Shown: positions 1 through 8,731, counted from the first letter of the stretch. The stretch: DNA of 64,000 bases from an uncultured Nocardioides sp. (GCF_937982615.1 NZ_CALJLL010000190.1); one strand, 5' to 3'. The notes: generated from the letters alone by a model not told the origin. Translations and numbers: made by a program.

Positions 1-974
1 GCCGCGTCGACGTCGTCGTTGTTCGCCGCCAGTTCGCCCTCAACCCGCGCGGGCGACGAGTCCGTGGTGCACGGCACGTCGCCCAGCACGTAGTAGTCCA
101 CCTTGTCCTCGGCGTTGTCGCAGACGACCCGGTTGACCGAGGAAGCCGCCAGTGCGGAACCGGCGACACGTTGCGTCGAAGTCGAGCTCTCACCCACGGA
201 ACGCTCGTCGTCGCCGGGCTCCAGGAAGGTCTGGTCGGCGTCCATGTCGAGGAGCAGCGCGCCGGTCTGGTCGTCGACCAGGATCTCGCGGTGGGCCACG
301 CCACTCATGACGTCGAACCGCCACACGGTTGCGACCCCGGGCGCCGGCGTACCGGTGACGGCCCGGTCGAGGACCCACCGGCCCTCCGAAGTCACGATCG
401 GACGGACCTTCGACCCGGCTTGCGCGTCGTTGGCCGCGACCACCCGGGCGACGTCGGCCGCGTCGCTCTCGCTCACGCGCGCGGCCCTGACCTGAGTGGC
501 GGTCGACATGGTGGACGACATCGACACCATCTCGCGGTCGGCGTTCATGGTCACCACCACGTCGCCGCCGATCACGGGCAACCCACCGACCCGCTGGGTG
601 TAGTGGACGACGTCACCGCCCGCCACGTCGGCCGTCACATTGCGTTGGACCAACGTGGTCCCTGGTCGGCTCGCTCCGAGCGCGGCGCCGTACCGCGCCA
701 GGTGCGCCCGTGCCGCGACTGCGACCGGGGTAGATGCAGTGACGGCGGGGTTGTCGATCTCGGCGCCGGCGGGCGTGCCGACGAAGGTGACGTCGCCGTT
801 GGCTCCCCGCCGCACGACGGCGTTGCCAGTGCTGACCTCTGCGGTCAATCGTTGCCTCGCCAGATCGGAGGTTGACAGCGGCGCGGCGGCGCCAGGGCCA
901 GCCACGGCAAGGACCGCGGCCGCAAGCGATGCGGACGCGCCCAGGACGACAAGCATCCGGACATGGGTGGGCAC
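1..974 (-). CDS. M4 (thermolysin-like) secreted metallopeptidase. Only the N-terminal signal/propeptide part is in the window; the gene runs off the left edge.
   Basis: Not in the ORF track because no stop lies in the window. My own minus-strand translation starts at GTG ~974 (GAGGAAG 5 nt upstream; alternative ATG 956). It gives a signal-like MLVVLGASASLAAAVLAVAG, then VVHYTQRVGGLPVIGGDVVVTMNADREMVSM (FTP-propeptide-like). REILVDDQTGALLLDMD (PepSY-like) and RVVCDNAEDKVDYYVLGDVPC follow. Codons are GC3-rich throughout. The catalytic HExxH would lie outside the window. Confidence 0.5.
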   Translation of the reverse strand, partial: MPTHVRMLVVLGASASLAAAVLAVAGPGAAAPLSTSDLARQRLTAEVSTGNAVVRRGANGDVTFVGTPAGAEIDNPAVTASTPVAVAARAHLARYGAALGASRPGTTLVQRNVTADVAGGDVVHYTQRVGGLPVIGGDVVVTMNADREMVSMSSTMSTATQVRAARVSESDAADVARVVAANDAQAGSKVRPIVTSEGRWVLDRAVTGTPAPGVATVWRFDVMSGVAHREILVDDQTGALLLDMDADQTFLEPGDDERSVGESSTSTQRVAGSALAASSVNRVVCDNAEDKVDYYVLGDVPCTTDSSPARVEGELAANNDDVDA

Positions 975-1004
975 AGAAACTTCCTCTCGCAAGCGACGGA
1001 TAAG

Positions 1005-1886
1005 TCAGCTCTGGTGGTACTGACCGGCCTCGCACAGGAAGCCAGGGACGGTGTCCTCGAAGGCGACCTTGAGGTCGCCGTACGAGCTGAAGCCGATCTC
1101 GACGTCGGCTGCAGTGAGCAGGGGTGAGTCGGCGGGGATCTCGAACTGCCAGCCGTCGCCGTCGGGCTCGATGCTCGGCATACCGTTGGCCGGTGCCGCG
1201 GTCCCGTCCCAACACTGGGCGCTGGCGTGCTCACCGCTGTTCATCTCGTTCTGCGTCCTGACGTACGCGCGCAGACCCTTGAAGTAGCTGACCTGGCTGG
1301 CCTCGCGGTATGTCTCTGCGTCGGCGCGCGTTTCCGGCGTCGAGGGCCCGACCAGCTCGGGTTGATAGGTGTAGGTGCCTGATCTTCCGTCGAGACCCTG
1401 CTTGACCTGGAGCTTCGCCTCGCGGGCTGCCTCCTTGGCCGTCATGGGGAAGAACGGGTCGTAGGATTCGTCGCCGCTGTCGTAGATCTTGTCCGGCCCC
1501 CAGATGTCGTCTCGGGTCTTGAAGCCGTACTCCGCGTAGTGGACCAAGGCATCGACGCCCTCATCAGCTAGCGCCTGCTCGATCGCCGCGGGGTCGTCGA
1601 GCCGAGGGATGGTCAGGCTAATACCGCCGTCAGGGGCTGGCGCGGTGGCCGGCGCCGTAGCCGGATCGGTGATGCTGTGCTGCGCCGGTTGCTGCCCTAC
1701 CAACGTCGAGCCGGTGCCGACGACGCCGAACACGGCCAGGGCGGCGACCGCGCCGGCAAGGCGGGTACGCCGCAGCCGGGCGCGGCCGCGCCGGAGCGCG
1801 CCGGCGGTGATGTCAGTGACGTCGAAGTCGGACGCGATCCGGTGCATGGTCGTGGTGAGTGCCTCGTCGGGCGGGGTGGTGGGCAT
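1005..1886 (-). CDS. Single-pass membrane protein downstream of an ECF sigma factor (putative anti-sigma/sensor, non-ZAS)
   Basis: Track ORF 1005..1961, trimmed to MPTTPPDE (GAGGAGA 6 nt upstream). It has a short cytoplasmic N-terminus, the TM helix LAGAVAALAVFGVVG, and a roughly 230-aa extracytoplasmic domain. The N-terminus is paralogous to 4533..5417. Confidence 0.6.
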   Translation of the reverse strand: MPTTPPDEALTTTMHRIASDFDVTDITAGALRRGRARLRRTRLAGAVAALAVFGVVGTGSTLVGQQPAQHSITDPATAPATAPAPDGGISLTIPRLDDPAAIEQALADEGVDALVHYAEYGFKTRDDIWGPDKIYDSGDESYDPFFPMTAKEAAREAKLQVKQGLDGRSGTYTYQPELVGPSTPETRADAETYREASQVSYFKGLRAYVRTQNEMNSGEHASAQCWDGTAAPANGMPSIEPDGDGWQFEIPADSPLLTAADVEIGFSSYGDLKVAFEDTVPGFLCEAGQYHQS

Positions 1887-1914
1887 GTCATCTCTCCTCG
1901 TCACGGTGATCTCG

Positions 1915-2409
1915 TCACAGGGGCTGGGGCTGGAGGGCGCGGGCGAGGGCGGCGAGCGCACGCGAGGTGCTGCTCTTGACCGTGCCGGTCGGCAGGTCGA
2001 GCGTGGCGGCGACCTCCTCGACCGAGAGGCCCCAGTAGTGCCGGAGCACCACCACCCGGCGCTGGCCGGCGGGCAGGGCCTTCAGCGCCTGCATCAGCTC
2101 TTCGGCATCGGCGAACTCGAAGCCCTCGGGACTCGCGCCGAGGACCGGCTCGGCCACCGCGTGCTCGCGGCGCCAGGGACGGCGGTACTCGTCCTTGATG
2201 CTGTTGATCAGCACCCGCCGTACGTAGGTGTCGACGCTGTCGGTCCGGGAGAGCCGCGGCCAGGCCGTGTAGACCTTGGCCAGCGCGTTCTGCACCATGT
2301 CCTCGGCCTGGTGCTGATCGCCGCACATGAAGCGAGCTACGCGCAGCAGGTGATGCTGGCGCCCCTTCACGTAGGCGGTGAACTCCTCGTCCCGGGTCGA
2401 TCGCCGCAT
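1915..2409 (-). CDS. ECF (sigma-70 family, actinobacterial SigE-type) RNA polymerase sigma factor, copy A
   Basis: Track ORF 1915..2454, trimmed to MRRSTRDEEFTAYVKGRQ. Region 2 reads AEDMVQNALAKVY and region 4 reads RRVVVLRHYWGLSVEEVAATLDLPTGTVKS. At 164 aa it is the same length as paralog 5459..5953. Confidence 0.85.
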   Translation of the reverse strand: MRRSTRDEEFTAYVKGRQHHLLRVARFMCGDQHQAEDMVQNALAKVYTAWPRLSRTDSVDTYVRRVLINSIKDEYRRPWRREHAVAEPVLGASPEGFEFADAEELMQALKALPAGQRRVVVLRHYWGLSVEEVAATLDLPTGTVKSSTSRALAALARALQPQPL

Positions 2410-2458
2410 GCCTCTGCCTCCTCTCCTCGGCCTCTCCTGATCAAATGCGTGCAACTAC

Positions 2459-2483
2459 ACGTAGCCACGCGAGGATCGGTTCC
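2459..2483 (-). promoter_or_regulatory. Candidate ECF-type autoregulated promoter: GGAACC, 16 nt, CGT
   Basis: The minus strand reads GGAACCGATCCTCGCGTGGCTACGTGTAG about 50 nt upstream of the sigma-A start. The same architecture and spacing occur upstream of sigma B. Confidence 0.4.
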
Positions 2484-2515
2484 AGTTCGCTCGCAGACGC
2501 AGAAAGCAGTGCGCT

Positions 2516-2571
2516 CTGCGGCGATCTGTGCGCGCGAAGGAGCCCCGGAGGCTGACGCCTCCGAGGCTCGT
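2516..2571. repeat. Copy 1 of a ~56-nt element (ctgcggcgat + GC hairpin) that also follows the sulfatase stop codon
   Basis: The sequence is ctgcggcgatctgtgcgcgcgaaggagccccggaggctgacgcctccgaggctcgt. Compared with 4461..4517 it differs by one indel and three substitutions. The hairpin arm carries one C.A mismatch in this copy. Confidence 0.8.
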
Positions 2572-2852
2572 CGTGATGGTGCTGCGCTGCTCGCCTAGCG
2601 GTGTCGGCGTACCTCGACCATGCCAGCCACCGCCCTGGGCGACTACCAGAGAGTCGGCTGTTGGGTCGTCGTGGTCATACCTCCGCACGGGACGCAGCAC
2701 ACGTCGCTCGGCGCACGAACACGGGTGCGAGTGCGCGCTGAGTCGAAGGGCTCGTCACGTGCTCGTCGGACTGCGACCCGACGTGCTGTTAGGTCCCGGC
2801 ACTGTGCACGCTGCGTCCACTGTGGGCCCGTCCGCATCGCGACTCTTCCGGG

Positions 2853-4460
2853 ATGCGTCCAGCCCCCATCTCCCCGGGCAGCACCAGGCTGCGCCGATTC
2901 CTCGCCCGCATAGGGATAGCGGTGCTGCTGCTCGGCGTCTTTGCGGCCGGCGCGTTGTCGATGAGGCCGGACACGGTCGCCCACATGCGATCTGAACCGG
3001 CCGGCAGCAAAGGCGCGCACCGAGCGGCGACGTTCGACCCGCAGTTGGTCGGTCCTGATCCAGAGGCGCGAGCCTTCGCCGACGCCGCGGGCGCGAAGGG
3101 CCGCGGCCGGCCCAACATCGTGCTGGTCACGACCGACGACATGACGTTGTCGGATCTGCGATTCATGCCTGTCGCCCGCCGGCTGCTAGGCGCGGAGGGG
3201 GTGACCTTCGATCGCTTCCTGTCGCCGGACCCACTGTGCTGCCCCGCTCGCGCCGCGATCCTCACCGGCCAGTGGGGCCACAACAACGGCGTGAAGTCCA
3301 ACCAGGCGCCGTACGACTACGCAGCGCTCCAGGCCGGAACGGCGCTCCCCGTGTGGCTGCACCGGGCGGGGTATCGCACGGCGTTCACCGGCAAGTACCT
3401 CAATGGGTTCGGCACCCGCGGTCCGCGTCAGCCCGGCTGGGACTACTGGGACGCGACGATGGCCGGCCAGTATTCATACCAACCGTTCGCCATGGCCAAC
3501 AACAAGAAGAAGCCGACGAGGTACGACGACATCAACAACGTCGACTACATCAACTTTCGGGTGAACCGCCTGATCGACCAGTGGGCGCCCAAGGCCAAGC
3601 CCTTCTTCATCTGGGCCTCACAACTGGCCCCGCACAACCGCATCCTGAACGGCAAGAGCCGACCAACGGCCCTCCCGGCGCACCGCTACCGGCACGCCTT
3701 CCGCGGTAAGCGGTCGCCGTCCCTACGCGACCCGGCGTACGACGAGTTCGACCTCAACGACAAGAACGTCTACGTCCGTGGTGCGCCGATGGTGACCAGT
3801 CGGAAGGTGAACCAGATCTTCCGATCGCGGATCCGGTCACTACAGGCGGTCGACGACGGGATCGCCCAGCTCGTGTCAAGGCTGAAGGCTCATCACGTCC
3901 TCGACAACACCTACATCGTGTTCACCTCTGACAACGGCTTCCTGATGGGGGAGCACCGACTGATCGAGAAGAACCTTCCGTACGCTCAATCGATCGGGGT
4001 CCCGCTGCTGATCCGCGGACCTGACGTGCCTCGAGGCGAACATCGCGACCAACTGGCGACCATGGTCGACCTGGCCCCGACCTTCGCCGAGGTGGCCAAC
4101 GCGCAGCCTCTGGTGCAGACCGACGGTCAGTCGCTGCTGCCGGTGCTGGAGCGAGACCTCCCACTCCGAGAGACGGTGCTCATCCAGGCAGGTCCGGCCA
4201 AACAGGCGGCGTCGGCCGACGGATGGTTCTGGCGCGGCGTCACCACAGGTCGCTATACCTACGCCCGCTACTACGCGGACGGCTTCGAGGAGCTCTTCGA
4301 CCACGACTACGACCGAGCCGAGGTCGCTAGCGTGGTCGCCGATCCGGCGTACGCCGCAGTCCTGGCAGAGCTGCGCCGGCGTACCGAGGTACTGGGTGCG
4401 TGTGCCGGGGCTGCCGAGTGCAGTGCCACGTTCCCAGCGCTCCCGACCCCTGGCAGCTAG
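2853..4460 (+). CDS. Sulfatase (formylglycine-dependent, type I) with an N-terminal membrane anchor or signal
   Basis: Track ORF of 535 aa. It carries NIVLVTTDDM and the sulfatase signature CCPARAAILTGQ (C-x-P-x-R). A TM/signal stretch IGIAVLLLGVFAAGAL is present. Confidence 0.85.
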   Translation: MRPAPISPGSTRLRRFLARIGIAVLLLGVFAAGALSMRPDTVAHMRSEPAGSKGAHRAATFDPQLVGPDPEARAFADAAGAKGRGRPNIVLVTTDDMTLSDLRFMPVARRLLGAEGVTFDRFLSPDPLCCPARAAILTGQWGHNNGVKSNQAPYDYAALQAGTALPVWLHRAGYRTAFTGKYLNGFGTRGPRQPGWDYWDATMAGQYSYQPFAMANNKKKPTRYDDINNVDYINFRVNRLIDQWAPKAKPFFIWASQLAPHNRILNGKSRPTALPAHRYRHAFRGKRSPSLRDPAYDEFDLNDKNVYVRGAPMVTSRKVNQIFRSRIRSLQAVDDGIAQLVSRLKAHHVLDNTYIVFTSDNGFLMGEHRLIEKNLPYAQSIGVPLLIRGPDVPRGEHRDQLATMVDLAPTFAEVANAQPLVQTDGQSLLPVLERDLPLRETVLIQAGPAKQAASADGWFWRGVTTGRYTYARYYADGFEELFDHDYDRAEVASVVADPAYAAVLAELRRRTEVLGACAGAAECSATFPALPTPGS

Positions 4461-4482
4461 CTGCGGCGATCCTGTGCGCGCG

Positions 4483-4518
4483 AACGAGCCCCGGAGGCTG
4501 AAGCCTCCGGGGCTCGTT
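4483..4518. terminator. Bidirectional intrinsic-terminator-like hairpin (16-bp perfect stem, 4-nt loop); core of repeat copy 2 (4461..4517)
   Basis: The stem-loop reads aacgagccccggaggc tgaa gcctccggggctcgtt. It sits between the convergent sulfatase (stop 4460) and the membrane-protein gene (stop 4533). Confidence 0.7.
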
Positions 4519-4532
4519 GCTCGAAATGCAGG

Positions 4533-5417
4533 TCAGGGCAGTTCGAAGCCCGGGTCGGCGGCCGCTTCGAGGAGCTCGTCGGATGAGAAGCCCTGGGTCG
4601 GCATGGGCCCGGGGTCGAGCCGCGGGGGGATCGTCGGCTCCTCGGTGTAGCGATCGCTCGTCGTCACGATGACGACCGTGCCGTCAGAGTGCTCCGCCGC
4701 TACCCGCAGACCGATGCCACCGTGGCTCCGGTAGACGGAGACCTTCGCGTCGACAACACCGGCCGGAGGCGTACCCATCGACTCCCAGTCCGGGTCGGCT
4801 GACCGTAGATCCTCCTCCGCCGTGGCCCAGTCGCTGTACACGTCGATCGAGACCATGCCGACTCCGTCGCTGTCGGATGAGGTCCACTTCGGCCGCATCC
4901 CGAGTCCGTTGACGCCACATGGTTCGACCGTCTTGTCGACGCTGAACCAGGAGCCCGAGACCGGCTGCAGGTGCTGTCGCTCTGAATCGAGATGCTTGAC
5001 CAGGAGCTCGAAGTAGGCACCGAGCGCCGGCCGTAGCCCGGGGTCGTCGTCGGCGATACGAACCGGGCTCTCGCCTTCGAGCAATCGGGCCCCTGAACAC
5101 GTGAGCTCGATCAGACTCTGCTGAGCCGATGGTGTCGGCGGTACGGACGGCGGCAGCGGCGGAACCGACGGCGTCGTCGACGCGAAGCCGGTCGTCGAAC
5201 GCTGCGGCTCCTGCGGGCCAAGCAACCCGGAGCTCGAGCCGGCGATGCCGACCACGCCGACGACAGCCAGGGCGGCGACCGCGCCGGCGGCGCGCGTACG
5301 GCGTACGCGCGTGCGGCCGGTGCGGAGCACGGTGTCGGTGACGTCGACGCCGTCGAAGTGGTGGGCGTTGCGGTGGAGGCTGGCGGTCAGCGCCTCGTCC
5401 TCGGGGGTGGTGTGCAT
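4533..5417 (-). CDS. Single-pass membrane protein downstream of ECF sigma B (putative anti-sigma/sensor), paralog of 1005..1886
   Basis: Track ORF of 294 aa beginning MHTTPEDEALTASLHR, with TM helix AAGAVAALAVVGVVG. The N-terminus and TM align with copy A, but the extracytoplasmic domain has diverged. Confidence 0.6.
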   Translation of the reverse strand: MHTTPEDEALTASLHRNAHHFDGVDVTDTVLRTGRTRVRRTRAAGAVAALAVVGVVGIAGSSSGLLGPQEPQRSTTGFASTTPSVPPLPPSVPPTPSAQQSLIELTCSGARLLEGESPVRIADDDPGLRPALGAYFELLVKHLDSERQHLQPVSGSWFSVDKTVEPCGVNGLGMRPKWTSSDSDGVGMVSIDVYSDWATAEEDLRSADPDWESMGTPPAGVVDAKVSVYRSHGGIGLRVAAEHSDGTVVIVTTSDRYTEEPTIPPRLDPGPMPTQGFSSDELLEAAADPGFELP

Positions 5418-5458
5418 GTCGGTGCTCCTGTTCAGAGTGGATTCGTCAGTGGGAATGG

Positions 5459-5953
5459 TCAGTGGGGCTGGGGCTGCAGTGCGGCGGCGAGCGAGGCGAG
5501 GGCACGCGAGGTGTAGGCCTTGACCGTCCCGGTGGGGACGTCGAGCGTGGTGGCGACCTCCTCGACCGAGAGGCCCCAGTAGTGCCGGAGCACCACTACG
5601 CGGCGTTGCGCGAGCGGCAGTGCCTGGAGGGCCCGCATCAGCTCGTCGGCGTCCACCAACTCCAGGCCGGTGGGACTCGCACCGAGGGCCGGGTCGGCCA
5701 CCGCGTGCTCACGGCGCCAGGGACGGCGGTACTCGTCCTTGACGCTGTTGACCAGCGCGCGGCGTACGTAGGAGTCGACGTCGTCGGCTCGCGATACCCG
5801 CGGCCACGCGGCGTACAGCTTGGTCAGCGTGCTCTGCACCAGGTCCTCGGCCTGGTGCACATCACCGCACAGGTAGTGGGCGACCCGCAGCAGATGCCGC
5901 TGGCGTCCCTTCACATAGGCGGTGAACTCCTCGTCCCGCGTCGATCGCCGCAT
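5459..5953 (-). CDS. ECF sigma factor, copy B
   Basis: Track ORF of 164 aa. The first 18 residues are almost identical to copy A (MRRSTRDEEFTAYVKGRQ) and the region-4 HTH is conserved. By eye roughly three quarters of positions are identical. Confidence 0.85.
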   Translation of the reverse strand: MRRSTRDEEFTAYVKGRQRHLLRVAHYLCGDVHQAEDLVQSTLTKLYAAWPRVSRADDVDSYVRRALVNSVKDEYRRPWRREHAVADPALGASPTGLELVDADELMRALQALPLAQRRVVVLRHYWGLSVEEVATTLDVPTGTVKAYTSRALASLAAALQPQPH

Positions 5954-5991
5954 GGCATGTCCTCAACCTCGTCCGAATTGCGCACATCCAG

Positions 5992-6016
5992 ACGTAGCCG
6001 GGTTGCGATCGGTTAC
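5992..6016 (-). promoter_or_regulatory. Candidate ECF-type promoter: GTAACC, 16 nt, CGT
   Basis: The minus strand reads GTAACCGATCGCAACCCGGCTACGTC about 40 nt upstream of the sigma-B start. The spacing is identical to the copy-A site. Confidence 0.35.
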
Positions 6017-6134
6017 ACGAGGTCACGGAGCGCACAGACCCGTGCGCTCTGCGGCGATGTCCGCGCCCATTCGTCCGACCAGCGTGGGCAACCCCTGCCC
6101 TGACTTGGGTCGGTCGAGCACGGCCGCACCGTGG

Positions 6135-6270
6135 AGCGGTGGCGTATCAACCTTGCTGCGGGGTTGAGACGTTGAGGAGCCACCGCCACCCCGACAGCAG
6201 GTCCGCGGCCCCCGAGGCAGGGGTGGACTATCAACCTTCCCGCGCGGTCATGGGGTTGAATACCCACCGC
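6135..6270. repeat. Two copies of a ~50-nt nested stem-loop element (6135-6187 and 6220-6270)
   Basis: Both copies share the cores tatcaacctt, ggggttga and ccaccgcc. Each has an inner stem tcaacc/ggttga and an outer stem ggtgg/ccacc. The pair lies between the purU stop (6300) and the sigma-B promoter. Confidence 0.55.
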
Positions 6271-6299
6271 CGCCAGGCGCCAGCGACCCGACGACCGCC

Positions 6300-7175
6300 C
6301 TAGCGGAAGACCACCGTCCGGTTGCCGTTGAGCAGGACGCGGCTCTGCGAGTGCCAGGCGACGGCGCGGGAGAGGACGGCGGCCTCGACGTCGCGGCCGG
6401 CGGCGACCAGCTGCTCGGGGTTGTGGGTGTGGTCGACGCGGGTGACGTCCTGTTCGATGATCGGGCCCTCGTCGAGGTCGGCGGTGACGTAGTGCGCGGT
6501 GGCGCCGACCAGCTTCACGCCTCGGTCGAACGCCGCGTGATAGGGCTTGGCGCCCTTGAACGACGGCAGGAACGAGTGGTGGATGTTGATGGCGCGACCG
6601 CCGAGCTCACGGCACAGGCCGTCGCTGAGGATCTGCATGTAGCGCGCCAGCACCACGAGGTGGATGCCCTCACCGTCGACCAGCTCCATCAGCTGTCGCT
6701 CGGCCTGCTGCTTGGTGTCGGGGCTGACGGGGATGTGGTGGAACGGGATGCCGTAGGTCTTGACCAGCGGCTGGGCGTCGGGGTGGTTGGAGACCACCGC
6801 GGGGATGTCGATGTTGAGTGAGCCGGTGCTGTGCCGGAACAGCAGGTCGTTGAGGCAGTGCAGCTGCTTGGAGACCATGATCAGCGTGCGGTACGGCGAC
6901 GCGGAGGACCACAGCTCGTAGTCCATGTCGAACTCACCCGCCACCGAAGCGAACTCCTCGCGCAACACGTCGGCGGAGATCGGCGAAGAGACCTCGAAGT
7001 CGATCCGCATGAAGAAGCGGTCGTGGCGTACGTCGTCGAACTGCTGCGACTCGAGGATGTTGCCGCCGAACCTCAGCAGGAAGCCGGTGACGGCGTGCAC
7101 GATCCCGGGACGGTCCGGGCAGCTCAGGGTGAGGACGAAGTCGCCGGCGGTCTCGGCAGTGCTCGCAATGGTCAT
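6300..7175 (-). CDS. purU: Formyltetrahydrofolate deformylase
   Basis: Track ORF of 291 aa. The N-terminal ACT domain reads FVLTLSCPDRPGIVHAVTGFL. A formyltransferase core follows, with HHSFLPSFKGAKPY. Confidence 0.9.
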   Translation of the reverse strand: MTIASTAETAGDFVLTLSCPDRPGIVHAVTGFLLRFGGNILESQQFDDVRHDRFFMRIDFEVSSPISADVLREEFASVAGEFDMDYELWSSASPYRTLIMVSKQLHCLNDLLFRHSTGSLNIDIPAVVSNHPDAQPLVKTYGIPFHHIPVSPDTKQQAERQLMELVDGEGIHLVVLARYMQILSDGLCRELGGRAINIHHSFLPSFKGAKPYHAAFDRGVKLVGATAHYVTADLDEGPIIEQDVTRVDHTHNPEQLVAAGRDVEAAVLSRAVAWHSQSRVLLNGNRTVVFR

Positions 7176-7178
7176 GCC

Positions 7179-8618
7179 TCAGTCCCCCAGCTCGGCGCGG
7201 CGACGGACGACGTACTCCTCGAGCTCCTGGCGCACCGCGTCGTCGAGCGGCGGCGGCTCGTAGTCCTCGAGCTTCTTCTTGTAGATCTCGCCGGCGCGGG
7301 TGGCGGTGTCCTTGGCGCCGTTGCGCATCCACCGCTCGTAGTTGTCCGAGGAGTTGAGGAAGGGGCGGTAGAAGCAGGTGCGGAACCGCTCCATCGTGTG
7401 CATGGCACCGAGGAAGTGGCCTCCGTGGCCAACCTCCTCGTGAGCGCCGAAGGCCATCGACTCCTCGTCGATCTCGAGCGGCGTGAACTCGGCCTGGAGC
7501 ATCTCCACGATCTGCGCGTCGATGACGAACTTCTCGAACCCGGCGACCAGGCCGCCCTCGAGCCAGCCCGCCGAGTGCATCACCCAGTTGGCGCCGGCCA
7601 GGAACGTCGGCATCAGGGTCATCAGCGCTTCGTAGCCCGCCTGGGCGTCGGGCACCTGGGAGGAGGTGAGGCCACCACCGGTGCGGAACGGCAGGTTGAA
7701 GTGCCGCGCGATCTGGCCGGTGCAGAGCAGGCCGATGCCGCTCTCCGGCGTACCGAACGTCGGCGACCCGGACTGCATGTCGATGTTGGAGAGGAAGGAG
7801 CCGAAGACCACCGGGGCGCCCGGCCGGATCAGCTGTGAGAGCGCGATGCCGGAGAGCGCCTCGGTGATCTGCTGGACCAGCGCCGCCGGGATGGTCACCG
7901 GCGACATCGCGCCCATCAGGATGAACGGCGTCAGCACGACCGGCTGCGCGGCCGCGGAGTATTCGAACTGCGACTCGAGCATCCGGTCGTCCCAGCGCAG
8001 CGGGCTGTTGCAGTTGATCAGGGAGATGATCGCCGGGGTCTCCTCGATCGCCTCCCGCGAGCCGAACAGGATCTCGGTCATCGCGATCGTGTCGGCGGCG
8101 TTGACGCCCGAGACGACGTTGCCCATGTAGAGCTTGTCGGTCAGCGTCTGCAGCGCGTAGACCATGTCGAGGTGGCGGCTGTCGAGCGGGGTGTCGTTGG
8201 GCTCGTTGACCACGCCGCCCGCCGAGTCGAGCACCGAGAAGCTCTGCGCGAGCCGCGCGAAGTTGCGGAAGTCCTCCATGGTGCCGTCGCGGCGTACGTC
8301 GCCCTCACGCACGAACGGCGGCCCGTAGACGGCACCGAAGGCCATCGAGTCGCCGCCGATGTGGACGGAGTTGGCGGGGTTGCGGGCCTGGAGGTCGAAC
8401 TCGCTGGGGGCCTTGGCGACCTGTTCGAGGACGAAGTCGGGGTCGAGCTTGACGCAGTTGCCCTCGACCTTCTGGCCGGCCTGGCGGAACAGCTCGAGCG
8501 CTCGGTCGTCCATGAACTCGACGCCGATCTCGGTCATCAGCCGGCGCCATCCGGTCTCGAGGGTCGCCATGGCGTCCTCGGACAGGATCTCGTAGCGCGG
8601 CATCTTGTTGACGAACAC
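7179..8618 (-). CDS. MttB-superfamily (trimethylamine methyltransferase family) substrate:corrinoid methyltransferase, non-pyrrolysine type
   Basis: Track ORF of 479 aa, uninterrupted, so there is no in-frame amber codon. The N-terminus reads MPRYEILSEDAMATLETGWRRLMTEIGVEF, typical of the family. Its stop lies 3 nt upstream of the purU start. Confidence 0.8.
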   Translation of the reverse strand: MFVNKMPRYEILSEDAMATLETGWRRLMTEIGVEFMDDRALELFRQAGQKVEGNCVKLDPDFVLEQVAKAPSEFDLQARNPANSVHIGGDSMAFGAVYGPPFVREGDVRRDGTMEDFRNFARLAQSFSVLDSAGGVVNEPNDTPLDSRHLDMVYALQTLTDKLYMGNVVSGVNAADTIAMTEILFGSREAIEETPAIISLINCNSPLRWDDRMLESQFEYSAAAQPVVLTPFILMGAMSPVTIPAALVQQITEALSGIALSQLIRPGAPVVFGSFLSNIDMQSGSPTFGTPESGIGLLCTGQIARHFNLPFRTGGGLTSSQVPDAQAGYEALMTLMPTFLAGANWVMHSAGWLEGGLVAGFEKFVIDAQIVEMLQAEFTPLEIDEESMAFGAHEEVGHGGHFLGAMHTMERFRTCFYRPFLNSSDNYERWMRNGAKDTATRAGEIYKKKLEDYEPPPLDDAVRQELEEYVVRRRAELGD

Positions 8619-8683
8619 GGGGTCCTCCTGATTGCGAACGTGCTGGCGAACGCTTGACCTTGATCGGATCGAGATCCTAGCCT

Positions 8684-8731
8684 CATCATGTGGAACTTGG
8701 GTTCCATCATGTGGAACCCATCATGTGGAAC
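8684..8731. promoter_or_regulatory. Three perfect 13-bp direct repeats CATCATGTGGAAC in the mttB/iclR divergent intergenic region; candidate operator array
   Basis: The copies lie at 8684-8696, 8705-8717 and 8719-8731. Copy 1 plus its flank also forms the palindrome TGGAAC-TTGG-GTTCCA. The array sits 39-86 nt upstream of the IclR start. Confidence 0.6.

Noticed and set aside
7179-8618. A pyrrolysine (in-frame TAG) MttB, which would make this a genuine trimethylamine methyltransferase
   Set aside because: The ORF is continuous over 479 codons with no internal amber codon, and no pylTSBCD-like genes are in the window. It is therefore a non-Pyl family member.
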